Below, piece after piece: positions 1 through 9,663 of a stretch of 64,000 bases of DNA. The notes below the pieces were generated by a model that was given only the letters and a program-made list of their open reading frames with translations, ran no database searches and was not told where the DNA came from. The position numbers and the translations under genes are program-made. Source of the DNA: a virus (lineage: Duplodnaviria > Caudoviricetes); the IMG/VR virus record IMGVR_UViG_3300027374_000002, positions 1 to 64,000 of that record; one strand, written 5' to 3'. Each line of letters opens with the position of its first letter. Within the stretch, counting starts at the first letter, position 1.

Positions 1-660
1 AAGCTGGCAAAAGTTCTCTGGGCAGCGAATAAAAGCATAGAATCATATAAAAAACTGCTCAAAATGACCGATGAGCTGGTGAAATCTCAATTTATAGAGA
101 TGTTTGGAAATCCGATTTTAAATAATAAAGGATGGGATTTTGAGCCGCTACCTAAAGTTGCGACAATCGTTTTGGGGACAACGCCAAGCTCATCAGAGCC
201 TGAATTTTGGGACGGAAACGTAAAATGGATTACACCCGCGGAACTTCAAGATGACACTTTTGAAATTTTTGACTCTGTTCGGCATATTACCGAAAAAGGA
301 GTAAAATCGGCGGGTTTACGCCCTTTTCCCAAGGGAACGGTGATATTTTCAACCCGTGCGCCTATCGGGAAGACCGCAATTGCGGGTTGTGAAATGTATT
401 GCAACCAGGGATTTAAGAATTTTATTTGTGGCGAAAAACTCAATCCGGTATATTTATATGCGGCTCTCCGTATTAATAAAGATTATTTTATTAACCTTGG
501 AACGGGTAATACATTTAAGGAACTATCCAAAGCGCGATTAGAGCAAATATCCATTTCAGTACCGCCAATCGAACTTCAAAATGAATTTGAAGAAATATTC
601 AGGCAGAGCGATAAATCAAAATTAATTCTTTCGCATTTTCTTGACCGTAAACTGCGGTAA
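1..660 (+). CDS. hsdS: Type I restriction-modification specificity subunit, 3' part (frame open from base 1)
   Basis: Conserved spacer LVKSQFIEMFGNP and TRD motifs GTTPS, WDGNVKWITP, STRAPIGK, CNQGF, VPPIELQNEF. Confidence 0.9.
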   Translation, partial: KLAKVLWAANKSIESYKKLLKMTDELVKSQFIEMFGNPILNNKGWDFEPLPKVATIVLGTTPSSSEPEFWDGNVKWITPAELQDDTFEIFDSVRHITEKGVKSAGLRPFPKGTVIFSTRAPIGKTAIAGCEMYCNQGFKNFICGEKLNPVYLYAALRINKDYFINLGTGNTFKELSKARLEQISISVPPIELQNEFEEIFRQSDKSKLILSHFLDRKLR

Positions 661-732
661 TTTACTAAGCCAGGCTCGTTCAGGGCTATTTTATGCTACC
701 CTGAATAGATGTCTTTTTTTAGAAAATAATGT

Positions 733-758
733 AAAAAAATAAGAGCTGAAACAGCCAG
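733..758. terminator. Hairpin between convergent hsdS and hamB
   Basis: AAAAAATAAGAGCTG-aaacagc-CAGCTCTCATTTT. Confidence 0.55.
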
Positions 759-768
759 CTCTCATTTT

Positions 769-3384
769 CTATTTTATAAATATTTCGGGAATGTTATATT
801 GAATATCTTGAACTTCACTTCGCACGGATTCTTTTGGACATTCCAAAAGAGATAGTTTCAGTTTCGGTCCCGAAAGAGTTGTTTCTACATATTTGCTTTG
901 GTTTTGTTTTATATAAGTGGAAGTTTCGCGCGAGAATCCGTTTCTTTGTAATAGAATGGTGAGAGGATTTGTTGAGCCATATTCCACAAATTCATACCAA
1001 TCATTATCAAAGTTTTCAACATGATGTTGCTTTTTATATTCTGTTGAAAAACGCAAGAAGTAATTTGCAAGGCTAAAAAGAATGGTATGATCAATGATTG
1101 TTAGTGTTTCCGCGGTTACGGCATTTTTGTGTAATCTTGAATCATCATAATATTCTGGTCTGCCATTAATATTTACGGTGGATTCAAAGTGTGTTTTCTT
1201 GTAAAATATAGCCTTATCAATTATACTTTTTAATCCATATCCTTCCATCCATTGAGTTAAAATAACTGCGTAATAACGTAATGCTTTATGTGATCCATCA
1301 TCAGAAATGGATCCGAGCGTTTTACTTTCATATTTATCCCATTTAAACATTACGTATAGTTCTTCTAAGAATTTTACTACCGTTTCATAGTCAAATGTGC
1401 CATCAGCGTTTCGGTCGGGATACTTTTTTCCGTTGCTAATTGCAGTGTACAAATTTTCTGTTTGGTCAACTGAAATATTTATGTCATCGTCAGGTTTTGT
1501 GCGTTTATGAGAGCCAAGAAAGTGCTGTTTGATTGCTTGAACATTTTCTGGATTAAGGAAATCGTCAAAGGCTCGACGAACGACGCTGTTTCTATCTTTA
1601 GTTATGTCGCGTAATAAAATTAAACCAAATTTACGCATGAGCGCATATGATTCTTTTGTTTGTGTCCCTGGATATTGCTGGAACTCAGTAGTGCCAGCAA
1701 GCAGCGATTCCACAATTTTAGCCTTTTGTGGCTTGGTTAATTCTGTAACCAGAGAAATTTTTTGTTCGGGGACATCTTGCTCGATAAGTTCTTGATATTT
1801 CTCTGCTCTTTGTTTGAGTTCGGAACGTATAATGAATACATTTCCGTAAAGGTTATATTCGATTCTTCCAACGCGCCCGATTAAATTACGGAAGTCAACT
1901 GGAGTCATATTGTGAGGTCCGTTGCCGTAACTCATAATAAATAAATTGTCGGCTGGCAGATTCACGCCTTCAACCAAAGTGCTTGTGCAGAATAAAATGG
2001 TTATTCTATGTTCACGGAAACATTTTTCTATATTTGCGCGGATATATGCGGGGAGATATCCAACGTGGTAAGCTACGCCTTTTGTAATAATATCTGCCAA
2101 ATAATATGTATCGTGAATTTCATTTCTTATTTCTTTGGCTATAGATTCTAATACGGGGTCATTCTTTGAAGGAAGAGTCTGCGCATATTCTCTTGCCATT
2201 TCAATAGCTTTATCTTTGCTATTAAAATAAACAATGCTTTGTTTGCCTGGAGTTGAAGCAATAGCCCTGACGAGTTGTAAAGGTCTAACACCGGGTTGTA
2301 AGCTGGTAATCGGAAGCATTTGCTTTGAATGCTCATTAAATAGGGTAACTTTTTGTGAAAAAGTATCTATATAATATTTTAGCTGGCTAACGGGGGAATA
2401 GCTTGTAGAAAGTGCAGCCCGCTTAGTTGCTTCAATGTCTGGTACGAGCTTAAGATACACTTCAGGATTAGGGATGTTAGGCGAAGCAAAAACAACATGC
2501 GGCTTGATTTCCTTTTCTGCAAGCATGTCTATAACTTTATAATAAAAAGCACTGCGTCCATCGCCAGAGGAAATTTTATGTGCTTCATCTATAAAAAGAT
2601 AATTTATGTTAATGCGAGGATTGCTTATTAATAAGTATAATAAGCGTTCCGGTGTTAAAACAAATATAAAGTTATGCGGCTGTTGAAGCATTAACGCGCC
2701 GGCAGAGTTAATTACTGTATAGTTTTTGTCTTCCAATAATGATTTAAGGTCTTGAATTATGTTGCTTGTAATTTCAGTAATTAGTGCCTTGGTAGGGACA
2801 AGAATAGCAAAATTAGCGGCAACGTCATTTTTTACTTTATCCTTGATGAACATTCTCATAAGGAGTGATTTTCCCATGGATGTGGGACCAGAATAGCTGA
2901 AGGCAGTTTCATCAAGCCGATCATAAATAGCTTTCTGTGAATGGAAAAAATACTTATTTTCTTGGTACGGAATTGATAGATACTCCATATCAAAATTTGC
3001 GTAAAGGGCATCAAGAAAAGAAGTACTGGTGTAATTTGTTTTTATTAATTGCACCCCGCGGTAGTTCCCGATTGTGGTGAGAACTGAAGCTGCGTAATAT
3101 TCAACTTTAGGATTGTTTGGATACAGGGTAAAAAGAAGAGCAACAATTTCTTGCGCCCAGGCTCTATGTTTTTCCGAGTTATCAAAGCCGGCAGACTTTG
3201 AAAGTAAATCAGCAAAACGTAGGGCATCATCCAAATTGATAGGGTGAGCGCTTATACTCTGTATGCTCATCAATTTATAACTATAATTTAGCAGCAAATT
3301 TGTATAAATTTCATTTAGGTATTCGTTTTTATCGATGTCCCTGAAAATTTCTTCACCGAGTGTAAGATGGTGAGGGGTTATCAT
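769..3384 (-). CDS. hamB: DEAD/DEAH-box SF2 helicase, Hachiman HamB-like
   Basis: Walker A GPTSMGKS, DEAH, GVAYHVG, TSTLVEGVNLPA, NLIGRVGR; ATGA-type overlap with the upstream DUF1837-like gene. Confidence 0.8.
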   Translation of the reverse strand: MITPHHLTLGEEIFRDIDKNEYLNEIYTNLLLNYSYKLMSIQSISAHPINLDDALRFADLLSKSAGFDNSEKHRAWAQEIVALLFTLYPNNPKVEYYAASVLTTIGNYRGVQLIKTNYTSTSFLDALYANFDMEYLSIPYQENKYFFHSQKAIYDRLDETAFSYSGPTSMGKSLLMRMFIKDKVKNDVAANFAILVPTKALITEITSNIIQDLKSLLEDKNYTVINSAGALMLQQPHNFIFVLTPERLLYLLISNPRININYLFIDEAHKISSGDGRSAFYYKVIDMLAEKEIKPHVVFASPNIPNPEVYLKLVPDIEATKRAALSTSYSPVSQLKYYIDTFSQKVTLFNEHSKQMLPITSLQPGVRPLQLVRAIASTPGKQSIVYFNSKDKAIEMAREYAQTLPSKNDPVLESIAKEIRNEIHDTYYLADIITKGVAYHVGYLPAYIRANIEKCFREHRITILFCTSTLVEGVNLPADNLFIMSYGNGPHNMTPVDFRNLIGRVGRIEYNLYGNVFIIRSELKQRAEKYQELIEQDVPEQKISLVTELTKPQKAKIVESLLAGTTEFQQYPGTQTKESYALMRKFGLILLRDITKDRNSVVRRAFDDFLNPENVQAIKQHFLGSHKRTKPDDDINISVDQTENLYTAISNGKKYPDRNADGTFDYETVVKFLEELYVMFKWDKYESKTLGSISDDGSHKALRYYAVILTQWMEGYGLKSIIDKAIFYKKTHFESTVNINGRPEYYDDSRLHKNAVTAETLTIIDHTILFSLANYFLRFSTEYKKQHHVENFDNDWYEFVEYGSTNPLTILLQRNGFSRETSTYIKQNQSKYVETTLSGPKLKLSLLECPKESVRSEVQDIQYNIPEIFIK

Positions 3385-4841
3385 GCTTCACCCCCTAAGG
3401 CGGTATTCATGATAAGGTTTTTATCATTATCGGCATCATTCAGTGGAAGGACATAAATATAAAATGAATACGCAGTTAAATTTTTATCACAAATTAATTT
3501 TTCTATATGAGGGATGCAAGCAGTTATATCGGCTTGCATTTTGCTATCAACCGCGGCGCGGTAATCCGCATTTGAAAGTAAGGCGGCGTTTGGAATGCCG
3601 ATGCTATAACCGATAAATAATCCGAAAGCAGTATCGGGAGGAACTGAACCGCCTTTTTGCGGAATTAACATTCCTTTGAGATATTGCATGGTGGGGGCAT
3701 CGAACGAGCGGTTTAAAATATCCCCTTCAATTAAGGTATATTCATCATTAGCGGTTGACTTGATTTCACTGATTTGAGCGAAAGCAGAATCTATTGCAGC
3801 TTTCAAATCGTTTACTACTTCAGAAGCTCCAAATATGACCTGATTGTTTGCACCGTTTGGAAGTAAATGTATGCCAGATGTTTTACTTTGGTATGTACCA
3901 CCTATATTTTGAAGTTCGATTTTACTGCTTATTTTGGGTGCGTTTAATGCGCATTCCAGAAACGAATATAACATTATTTCTGCAAAATGGCTTTGACCAG
4001 GGGCTGCAGTAACTCTCTTTTTGTACGCTCGAATAGCATCAGCAGTAAGATTTTCTATGTCTTCCATTGTGTATGAATTTCTTTGCGCGCGTGAAAAAAC
4101 ATAGCGTCCAATATTATCCCAGATAAATTTTGAAATATCTCTATAACTGAATTCGTTGCCGGAAACGCTTAAGTGATAAATATGAGTGGCAGAAGGGTTT
4201 GGAATAGAAAGAGCATGGTTGGGATGAACTTCAGTGAATACAGCATCAAACCTTGTGCTTCGTGCGGTAGCAGCAAGCGGGGTTACGGGGAGACTATGGC
4301 TTTCAATAATATTGATTTCATCTTTATGAGATTCAAAAGAAATTACATAATCTTTATCGATTTCTTTAATGCTTGCTTTCCAAGCTGTGTTTGAAACCTG
4401 TGTTACAGAATAGTAAAACAGGCAAGCCAAAAGACCGGATATAGAAAATGCATTTTTTGTTAGAATATCATGTTTAGTATATCCCGAAATGGGGCACAAA
4501 TTCTGACTATCAGGTATGGTTGTATCTTCGGTAAGTACCTGCTTAAACGCTAAAACAATATGTTTTTGAAGTGAAGAATTGAGATGTGGTAAAACACTTT
4601 CAGCGTAATAATCGGCAAGTTCATTTATAGGTTTTTTTCTGGTTAAATCTATGAATGCTTGGGAAGGATTTTTATCCCCACATTTTAAATGTCCTTGATA
4701 GCTGGCTTCTGCATATGAAGGATCATCCTCAATTCCAGCAAGTATAGCACTAAAAAGCCGCTGCTGTCCTCGAGCAGTAGCTTTGGCTTGCGAAATGATA
4801 TTTAAGAATGTTCCTATGCAAAGTTTCTTCAAATAGCGCAT
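3381..4841 (-). CDS. hamA: DUF1837/HamA-like protein with an extra ~210-aa N-terminal domain
   Basis: C-terminal half EIMLYSFLE..APKISSKIEL..GIHL..VIFG..AIDSAF..GLFIGY..FYIYVLP pattern; coupled to the helicase. Confidence 0.7.
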   Translation of the reverse strand: MRYLKKLCIGTFLNIISQAKATARGQQRLFSAILAGIEDDPSYAEASYQGHLKCGDKNPSQAFIDLTRKKPINELADYYAESVLPHLNSSLQKHIVLAFKQVLTEDTTIPDSQNLCPISGYTKHDILTKNAFSISGLLACLFYYSVTQVSNTAWKASIKEIDKDYVISFESHKDEINIIESHSLPVTPLAATARSTRFDAVFTEVHPNHALSIPNPSATHIYHLSVSGNEFSYRDISKFIWDNIGRYVFSRAQRNSYTMEDIENLTADAIRAYKKRVTAAPGQSHFAEIMLYSFLECALNAPKISSKIELQNIGGTYQSKTSGIHLLPNGANNQVIFGASEVVNDLKAAIDSAFAQISEIKSTANDEYTLIEGDILNRSFDAPTMQYLKGMLIPQKGGSVPPDTAFGLFIGYSIGIPNAALLSNADYRAAVDSKMQADITACIPHIEKLICDKNLTAYSFYIYVLPLNDADNDKNLIMNTALGGEA

Positions 4842-4890
4842 CCTCCAAGAGATATGTAGTATGAATTAGTCAATTAGTAATATCGTATTT

Positions 4891-4919
4891 ATTATAGCAT
4901 AAAAAACGTAAAAACACAA
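4891..4919 (-). promoter_or_regulatory. sigmaA-type promoter for hamAB
   Basis: Minus strand TTGTGT-17 nt-TATAAT with extended TG. Confidence 0.65.
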
Positions 4920-4933
4920 TCCCTATAATATTG

Positions 4934-4972
4934 AAAAGGCAAACTTCGTTAGTAAGAAGTTTGCCTTTTTTT
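4934..4972. terminator. Perfect 14-bp inverted repeat followed by a T-run
   Basis: AAAAGGCAAACTTC-gttagtaa-GAAGTTTGCCTTTT. Confidence 0.55.
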
Positions 4973-5067
4973 ATTTATGCAGAACTTTTGGTGAAGACAA
5001 TAACTGGTCAATAATCGGGCAACTTTCAGGCATTTAAAGCACGGTTTTTTCTTGCTATACTGTAACC

Positions 5068-5274
5068 GTAATTAAAAATATCTCGCCCGGACATGCATTA
5101 AAGGGCAAACGGATATAACGCACTTCGAACAATTTTTAGGATGTGGAGGTGTGTTGATACCCTTTCTTTAATGCGTCCTTTTAATGGCGTTTTCGGCTTG
5201 GGTATCGAAAGGTACTCAAGCCTTTTATATTTCGGTTTGCCGCAGATGTTCCTTCGGGAGAGGAAGGAGCATTT
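5068..5274 (+). promoter_or_regulatory. Structured 5' leader or attenuator of the sigma-like gene
   Basis: Extended -10 TGcTATACT at 5053-5061; stems 5089-5103/5166-5178 and 5195-5206/5211-5222 (GAAA loop, then U-rich); stem 5246-5255/5263-5272 covers the RBS. Confidence 0.55.
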
Positions 5275-5664
5275 ATGATAATCAAGTATCAATTTGCAGA
5301 CGGAACTACGAGTGAAGTTGAGGTAAGCGAAGAAATAGGTGCGTACATTACCGCATCGAGGAGAGAGGAATCGAACGGAGACCGCAAGCAGCGGTACCAC
5401 TGCATTTCTCTGGACGGATTTGAATATGAAGGCGAGGCGTTCGCGGACGAAAGCCAGAACCAGGACCGCATACGGGAAGAGGAAGAAAGTCAATCCAAAG
5501 TGGACAAGTTTCTTTCTACACTCACTGCTGTGCAGCGCCGGAGGCTTGAACGCCGGTTGGATGGCGCTTCGGCTGCGCAGATAGCAAGGGAAGAACACTG
5601 CGATCCGAGCGTGGTTCGGGAAAGCCTGAAACAGATAAAAGCAAAATACAAAAAACTTTTTTAA
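5275..5664 (+). CDS. Sigma-70 region 4-like HTH regulator
   Basis: C-terminal LSTLTAVQRRRL..GASAAQIAREE..SVVRESL region-4 HTH; strong RBS. Confidence 0.7.
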   Translation: MIIKYQFADGTTSEVEVSEEIGAYITASRREESNGDRKQRYHCISLDGFEYEGEAFADESQNQDRIREEEESQSKVDKFLSTLTAVQRRRLERRLDGASAAQIAREEHCDPSVVRESLKQIKAKYKKLF

Positions 5665-5673
5665 TTTTTTTCT

Positions 5674-5714
5674 AAAATACCCCCCTCGAAACCACCCCCT
5701 TTTCTCCGAATAGT
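5674..5714 (+). promoter_or_regulatory. Conserved bipartite box, copy 1
   Basis: AAAATACCCCCCTC-N15-TCTCCGAATAGT; same spacing as the copy at 43038. Confidence 0.55.
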
Positions 5715-5757
5715 GAAGGGCAGCAATAACGAAACGCTCTTCGAAGGAGGTAAGAAG

Positions 5758-5964
5758 GTGAAGCACAATCTCAAAATCAGTGTTTCCAAGGAACCCAAGC
5801 AGGATGGCATAGTTACTTGCAAGCAGATGAACCCGAAAGACAGAAAGTTCAAAAGTATGCTGAACGGAATGCAGGGCGTGATGATAGTCGTTCCCGGCAG
5901 CTCGGTAGAAGGTATCACCATCTGTGAAGTGGATTCCAAAGGAGGTGAACATGCCACCTGCTAA
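5758..5964 (+). CDS. Small phage hypothetical protein
   Basis: GGAGG RBS then GTG at 5758; overlaps the next gene. Confidence 0.6.
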   Translation: MKHNLKISVSKEPKQDGIVTCKQMNPKDRKFKSMLNGMQGVMIVVPGSSVEGITICEVDSKGGEHATC

Positions 5965-7090
5965 ACACGCAGTGCTTTCGGCATCAGCATCGCACCGTTG
6001 GCTCCACTGCAATCCGTCAGCCAGGCTTGAACTTGAATTCAAAGACCGGGAAACGGCGGCGGCAGCGGAAGGATCGGCGGCGCACGCACTCTGTGAACAC
6101 AAGCTCAGACGAAAGTTAAAACTTCGCAGCGAGAGACCGGTTTCCAATTTCGATAACGATGAAATGGAACAGTACACAGACGATTACACGGATTTCGTTA
6201 TGGAGCAGGTCATCCGGGAACGAAGGCGCGATGCGGAAACACAGGTTCTCATTGAACAGCGGCTGGACTTTTCCTGCTATGTGCCTGATGGCTTCGGAAC
6301 CGGAGACTGTTTGATTGTATCCAAAGGTCGACTGTATATTATCGATTTTAAGTACGGTCAGGGTGTGCTGGTGGAAGCGGAAGATAATTCTCAGATGAAG
6401 CTGTATGCGTTGGGCGCTTTGAGGGAGTTTGGAGAGAAGTACCAAATTAAAAAAATAAAAATGACTATCTTCCAACCCCGAAGAGAAAACGTAAGCACCT
6501 GGGAAATCACGGCAGCACGACTTAAGCGCTGGGCGGATAAGGACCTGAAACCCAGAGCAGTCAAAGCCTACAACGGCGAAGGCGAGTATTGCCCCGGCGA
6601 ATGGTGCTTGTTTTGCAAGGCGGCAGTCAAGTGCCGTGCAAGAGCCGAAGAGAAGTTAAAAATCGCGCAGAGCGAATTTAAACTTCCTCCACTGTTAACC
6701 GATGCTGAAATCGAAGTTGTCCTGGCAAAGCTGCCCAACATAAAAAAGTGGGCAGAGGAAATTCAGGAATACGCTTTGCAGGCGGCGCTCGGTGGGAAGC
6801 AGTGGCAGGGTTTCAAGCTGGTCGAAGGCAGGTCAAACCGCAAATATGCGGATGAGGAAGCGGTGGTCAAGGCGGCAAAGGCTGCCGGTTACCACGACAT
6901 TTACAAGCAGACTTTAATTCCGGTAACCGAAATGGAAAGGCTTATGGGGAAGAAGGAGTTTGCAACCGTCCTTGGCGGTCTCATAGTAAAACCGCAAGGC
7001 AAACCTACGCTTGTCGAGGATACCGATAAGCGTGTAGCAATTCAAGTATCCAATCCAAAAAACGAATTCAGTGAAATAAAAGGAGATTAA
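5951..7090 (+). CDS. DUF2800 PD-(D/E)xK nuclease-like phage protein
   Basis: HAVLSASASHRWLHC, GFGTGDCLIV, IIDFKYGQG, QMKLYALG, C..C..K..CRAR. Confidence 0.85.
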   Translation: MPPAKHAVLSASASHRWLHCNPSARLELEFKDRETAAAAEGSAAHALCEHKLRRKLKLRSERPVSNFDNDEMEQYTDDYTDFVMEQVIRERRRDAETQVLIEQRLDFSCYVPDGFGTGDCLIVSKGRLYIIDFKYGQGVLVEAEDNSQMKLYALGALREFGEKYQIKKIKMTIFQPRRENVSTWEITAARLKRWADKDLKPRAVKAYNGEGEYCPGEWCLFCKAAVKCRARAEEKLKIAQSEFKLPPLLTDAEIEVVLAKLPNIKKWAEEIQEYALQAALGGKQWQGFKLVEGRSNRKYADEEAVVKAAKAAGYHDIYKQTLIPVTEMERLMGKKEFATVLGGLIVKPQGKPTLVEDTDKRVAIQVSNPKNEFSEIKGD

Positions 7091-7094
7091 AAAA

Positions 7095-7646
7095 ATGGCA
7101 AATTCGAAGACAAAAGTAGTAACGGGCGTGGTGAGACTTTCCTACGCAAACGTATGGGAACCCAAGGCAGTAAGCGAGGGACAGACTCCCAAGTACAGTG
7201 TGTCGATAATCATTCCCAAGGATGATAAAGACACGCTTGCAAAAATCAACGCGGCAATTGATGCGGCGATTGAGGAAGGCATCGGTAAGTTCGGCGGCAA
7301 GAAGCCTAACAAAGCAACATTGAAACTTCCGCTCCGTGACGGTGATGTGGAAAGAGAGGATGACGAAGCGTATGCAAACGCATTCTTCGTAAACGCGAAC
7401 AGCGCAACGGCACCTCAGATTGTGGATGCAAGAGTGCAGCCTATTTTGGAGCGCGGCGAAGTATACAGCGGCGTATATGCGAGAGTTTCCATCAATTTCT
7501 ACGCTTTTAACAGCAGCGGCAATAGGGGCATCGCGTGCGGACTCGGAAACATTCAGAAGGTCCGTGACGGTGAACCTCTCGGCGGCAAGACGAAGGCAGA
7601 AGATGACTTCGGTGAATTGCCCGCGGATGCAGACGATTTACTTTAA
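7095..7646 (+). CDS. DUF2815 ssDNA-binding protein
   Basis: RLSYANVWEP, LPLRDGD, YSGVYAR, GIACGLGNIQK, acidic tail. Confidence 0.88.
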   Translation: MANSKTKVVTGVVRLSYANVWEPKAVSEGQTPKYSVSIIIPKDDKDTLAKINAAIDAAIEEGIGKFGGKKPNKATLKLPLRDGDVEREDDEAYANAFFVNANSATAPQIVDARVQPILERGEVYSGVYARVSINFYAFNSSGNRGIACGLGNIQKVRDGEPLGGKTKAEDDFGELPADADDLL

Positions 7647-7709
7647 GGCTCTATCGGTTGGGGTGGTAGGTTAGCCTATCACCCCTGAAACCGAACTGCG
7701 AGGTGGAAT

Positions 7710-9659
7710 ATGAAAACAATCAGCATTGACATTGAAACATATTCTTCCGTTGATTTGCAGAAGTCCGGTGTTTACCGGTATGCGGCAAGTGATGATTTTG
7801 AAATTTTGCTTTTTGCTTATTCCGTAGACGGTGGCGAAGTTAAAGTAATCGACCTTGCCTGCGGAGAGAAGATACCTCCCGATATCGTGCTGGCGCTTAC
7901 CGATGAGTCGGTACGGAAATTTGCGTTCAATGCGCAGTTCGAAAGGGTGTGTTTATCACGGCTTCTGGGATATTCAACGGGGAAATATATCGACCCGAAA
8001 TCTTGGTTCTGCACGATGGTGTGGGCTGCAACTTTGGGACTGCCTCTTTCGCTTGAAAAAGTGGGAGCAGTTCTGGGGCTTGACAAACAGAAGCTCGGTG
8101 TCGGTAAGGAACTCATCCGTTATTTTTGCAAACCATGTGAACCTTCGCAAATTAACGGTGAAAGAACCAGAAATCTTCCTTACCATAGCCGCGAAAAGTG
8201 GGAACTTTTCAAAACTTACAACAAACGCGATGTGGAAGCGGAAGCAGAAATACAAATGCGACTTTCTGCTTTTCCGGTTTCGGAAAGAGAGTGGGGAAAT
8301 TATCACCTTGATCAGCGTATCAACGATTACGGCATCGCGCTGGATATGGACTTCGTAGAACACGCGATACGGTGTGATGAAGTTAACACCGGCTCAGCAA
8401 CCGAGAAGGCGCGTGCGCTTACAGGAATTGACAATCCCAACTCACCGTCTCAGCTCAAAGCCTGGCTGATAGAGCAGGGGCAGGTTGTGGAATCGCTTTC
8501 AAAAGCGGAGGTAAATCGCCTTTTGCAAGATGCGACCGGGAACATTGAAGAAATCCTTCGGCTCCGTCAGGAACTTGCGAAGTCAAGCGTGAAGAAGTAT
8601 GTGGCTATGAAGAATGTAGTCGGAAGCGATAATCGCGCACGCGGACTTATTCAGTTTTATGGTGCAAATCGGACCGGACGGTATGCCGGGCGTTTGATTC
8701 AGGTTCAAAATCTGCCGCAAAACCACCTTGAAAATCTGCCGGCAGTACGTGAACTGGTGCGTTCCGATGACTACGATAGCCTTGAGAAAAAATACGGAAA
8801 TATTCCCAACGTGCTATCTGAGCTGATAAGAACAGCTTTTGTTCCGAAGGCGGGATGCAGATTTATAGTTGCTGACTTTTCGGCAATTGAAGCGCGAGTA
8901 ATCGCGTGGTTCGCCGGCGAACAGTGGCGCTTGGATGTATTTGCAAAAGGCGAAGATATCTATTGCGCATCAGCAAGCCAGATGTTCCACGTTCCGGTGC
9001 AAAAGAACGGCGTAAACGGACACCTGCGCCAGAAAGGGAAGATAGCGGAACTTGCGCTCGGTTACGGCGGCTCTGTGGGCGCACTGAAGGCAATGGGCGC
9101 AACGGCAATGGGAATTCCCGAAACCGAATTGAAGCCGCTGGTGGCGGCGTGGCGCGGCTCAAACCCGAACATTACAAAATTCTGGTGGGCTGTCGATAGG
9201 GCAGTTCGGTATGTAGTTTCAAACAAGCAAACCTATGAATGCTATGGTTTGAAATTCTCGTATGAGAAAGGAATTTTATTTATTCAGCTTCCTTCCGGTA
9301 GACGGCTTGCGTATGTGAGACCTCGAATTGGAGTGAACAATTTCGGCAGTGATTGTGTTACTTATGAAGGTTTGGGTGCTTCGAAGAAGTGGGAACGTAT
9401 CGAGAGTTACGGACCGAAATTCGTAGAGAATATCGTGCAGGCAACCGCGAGAGATGTTCTGGCGGATGCTATGATGCGCCTGGATAATGCTGGGTTCAAG
9501 ATTACGATGCATATTCACGATGAAGTTGTGCTTGAAGTTGAAAACGGCAAATCGAGCGTGGAAGAAGTTTGTGCAATTATGGGTGAAGCGTCGGAGTGGG
9601 CAGAGACGATGAACCTTCGCGCGGACGGTTATGAGTGCGCATTTTACAAAAAGGAGTGA
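7710..9659 (+). CDS. Phage DNA polymerase, family A
   Basis: Exonuclease IDIETYS, ADFSAIEARV (motif A), RQKGKIAELALGYG (motif B), HIHDE (motif C). Confidence 0.95.
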   Translation: MKTISIDIETYSSVDLQKSGVYRYAASDDFEILLFAYSVDGGEVKVIDLACGEKIPPDIVLALTDESVRKFAFNAQFERVCLSRLLGYSTGKYIDPKSWFCTMVWAATLGLPLSLEKVGAVLGLDKQKLGVGKELIRYFCKPCEPSQINGERTRNLPYHSREKWELFKTYNKRDVEAEAEIQMRLSAFPVSEREWGNYHLDQRINDYGIALDMDFVEHAIRCDEVNTGSATEKARALTGIDNPNSPSQLKAWLIEQGQVVESLSKAEVNRLLQDATGNIEEILRLRQELAKSSVKKYVAMKNVVGSDNRARGLIQFYGANRTGRYAGRLIQVQNLPQNHLENLPAVRELVRSDDYDSLEKKYGNIPNVLSELIRTAFVPKAGCRFIVADFSAIEARVIAWFAGEQWRLDVFAKGEDIYCASASQMFHVPVQKNGVNGHLRQKGKIAELALGYGGSVGALKAMGATAMGIPETELKPLVAAWRGSNPNITKFWWAVDRAVRYVVSNKQTYECYGLKFSYEKGILFIQLPSGRRLAYVRPRIGVNNFGSDCVTYEGLGASKKWERIESYGPKFVENIVQATARDVLADAMMRLDNAGFKITMHIHDEVVLEVENGKSSVEEVCAIMGEASEWAETMNLRADGYECAFYKKE

Positions 9660-9663
9660 GGCA

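Noticed and set aside
5098-6177. 359-aa minus-strand ORF
   Set aside because: Overlaps three well-supported plus-strand genes; no recognisable domain.
5951-7090. Cas4-like nuclease as a sign of CRISPR
   Set aside because: Standard DUF2800 gene of PolA-type phage replication modules; no repeat-spacer array or other cas genes.
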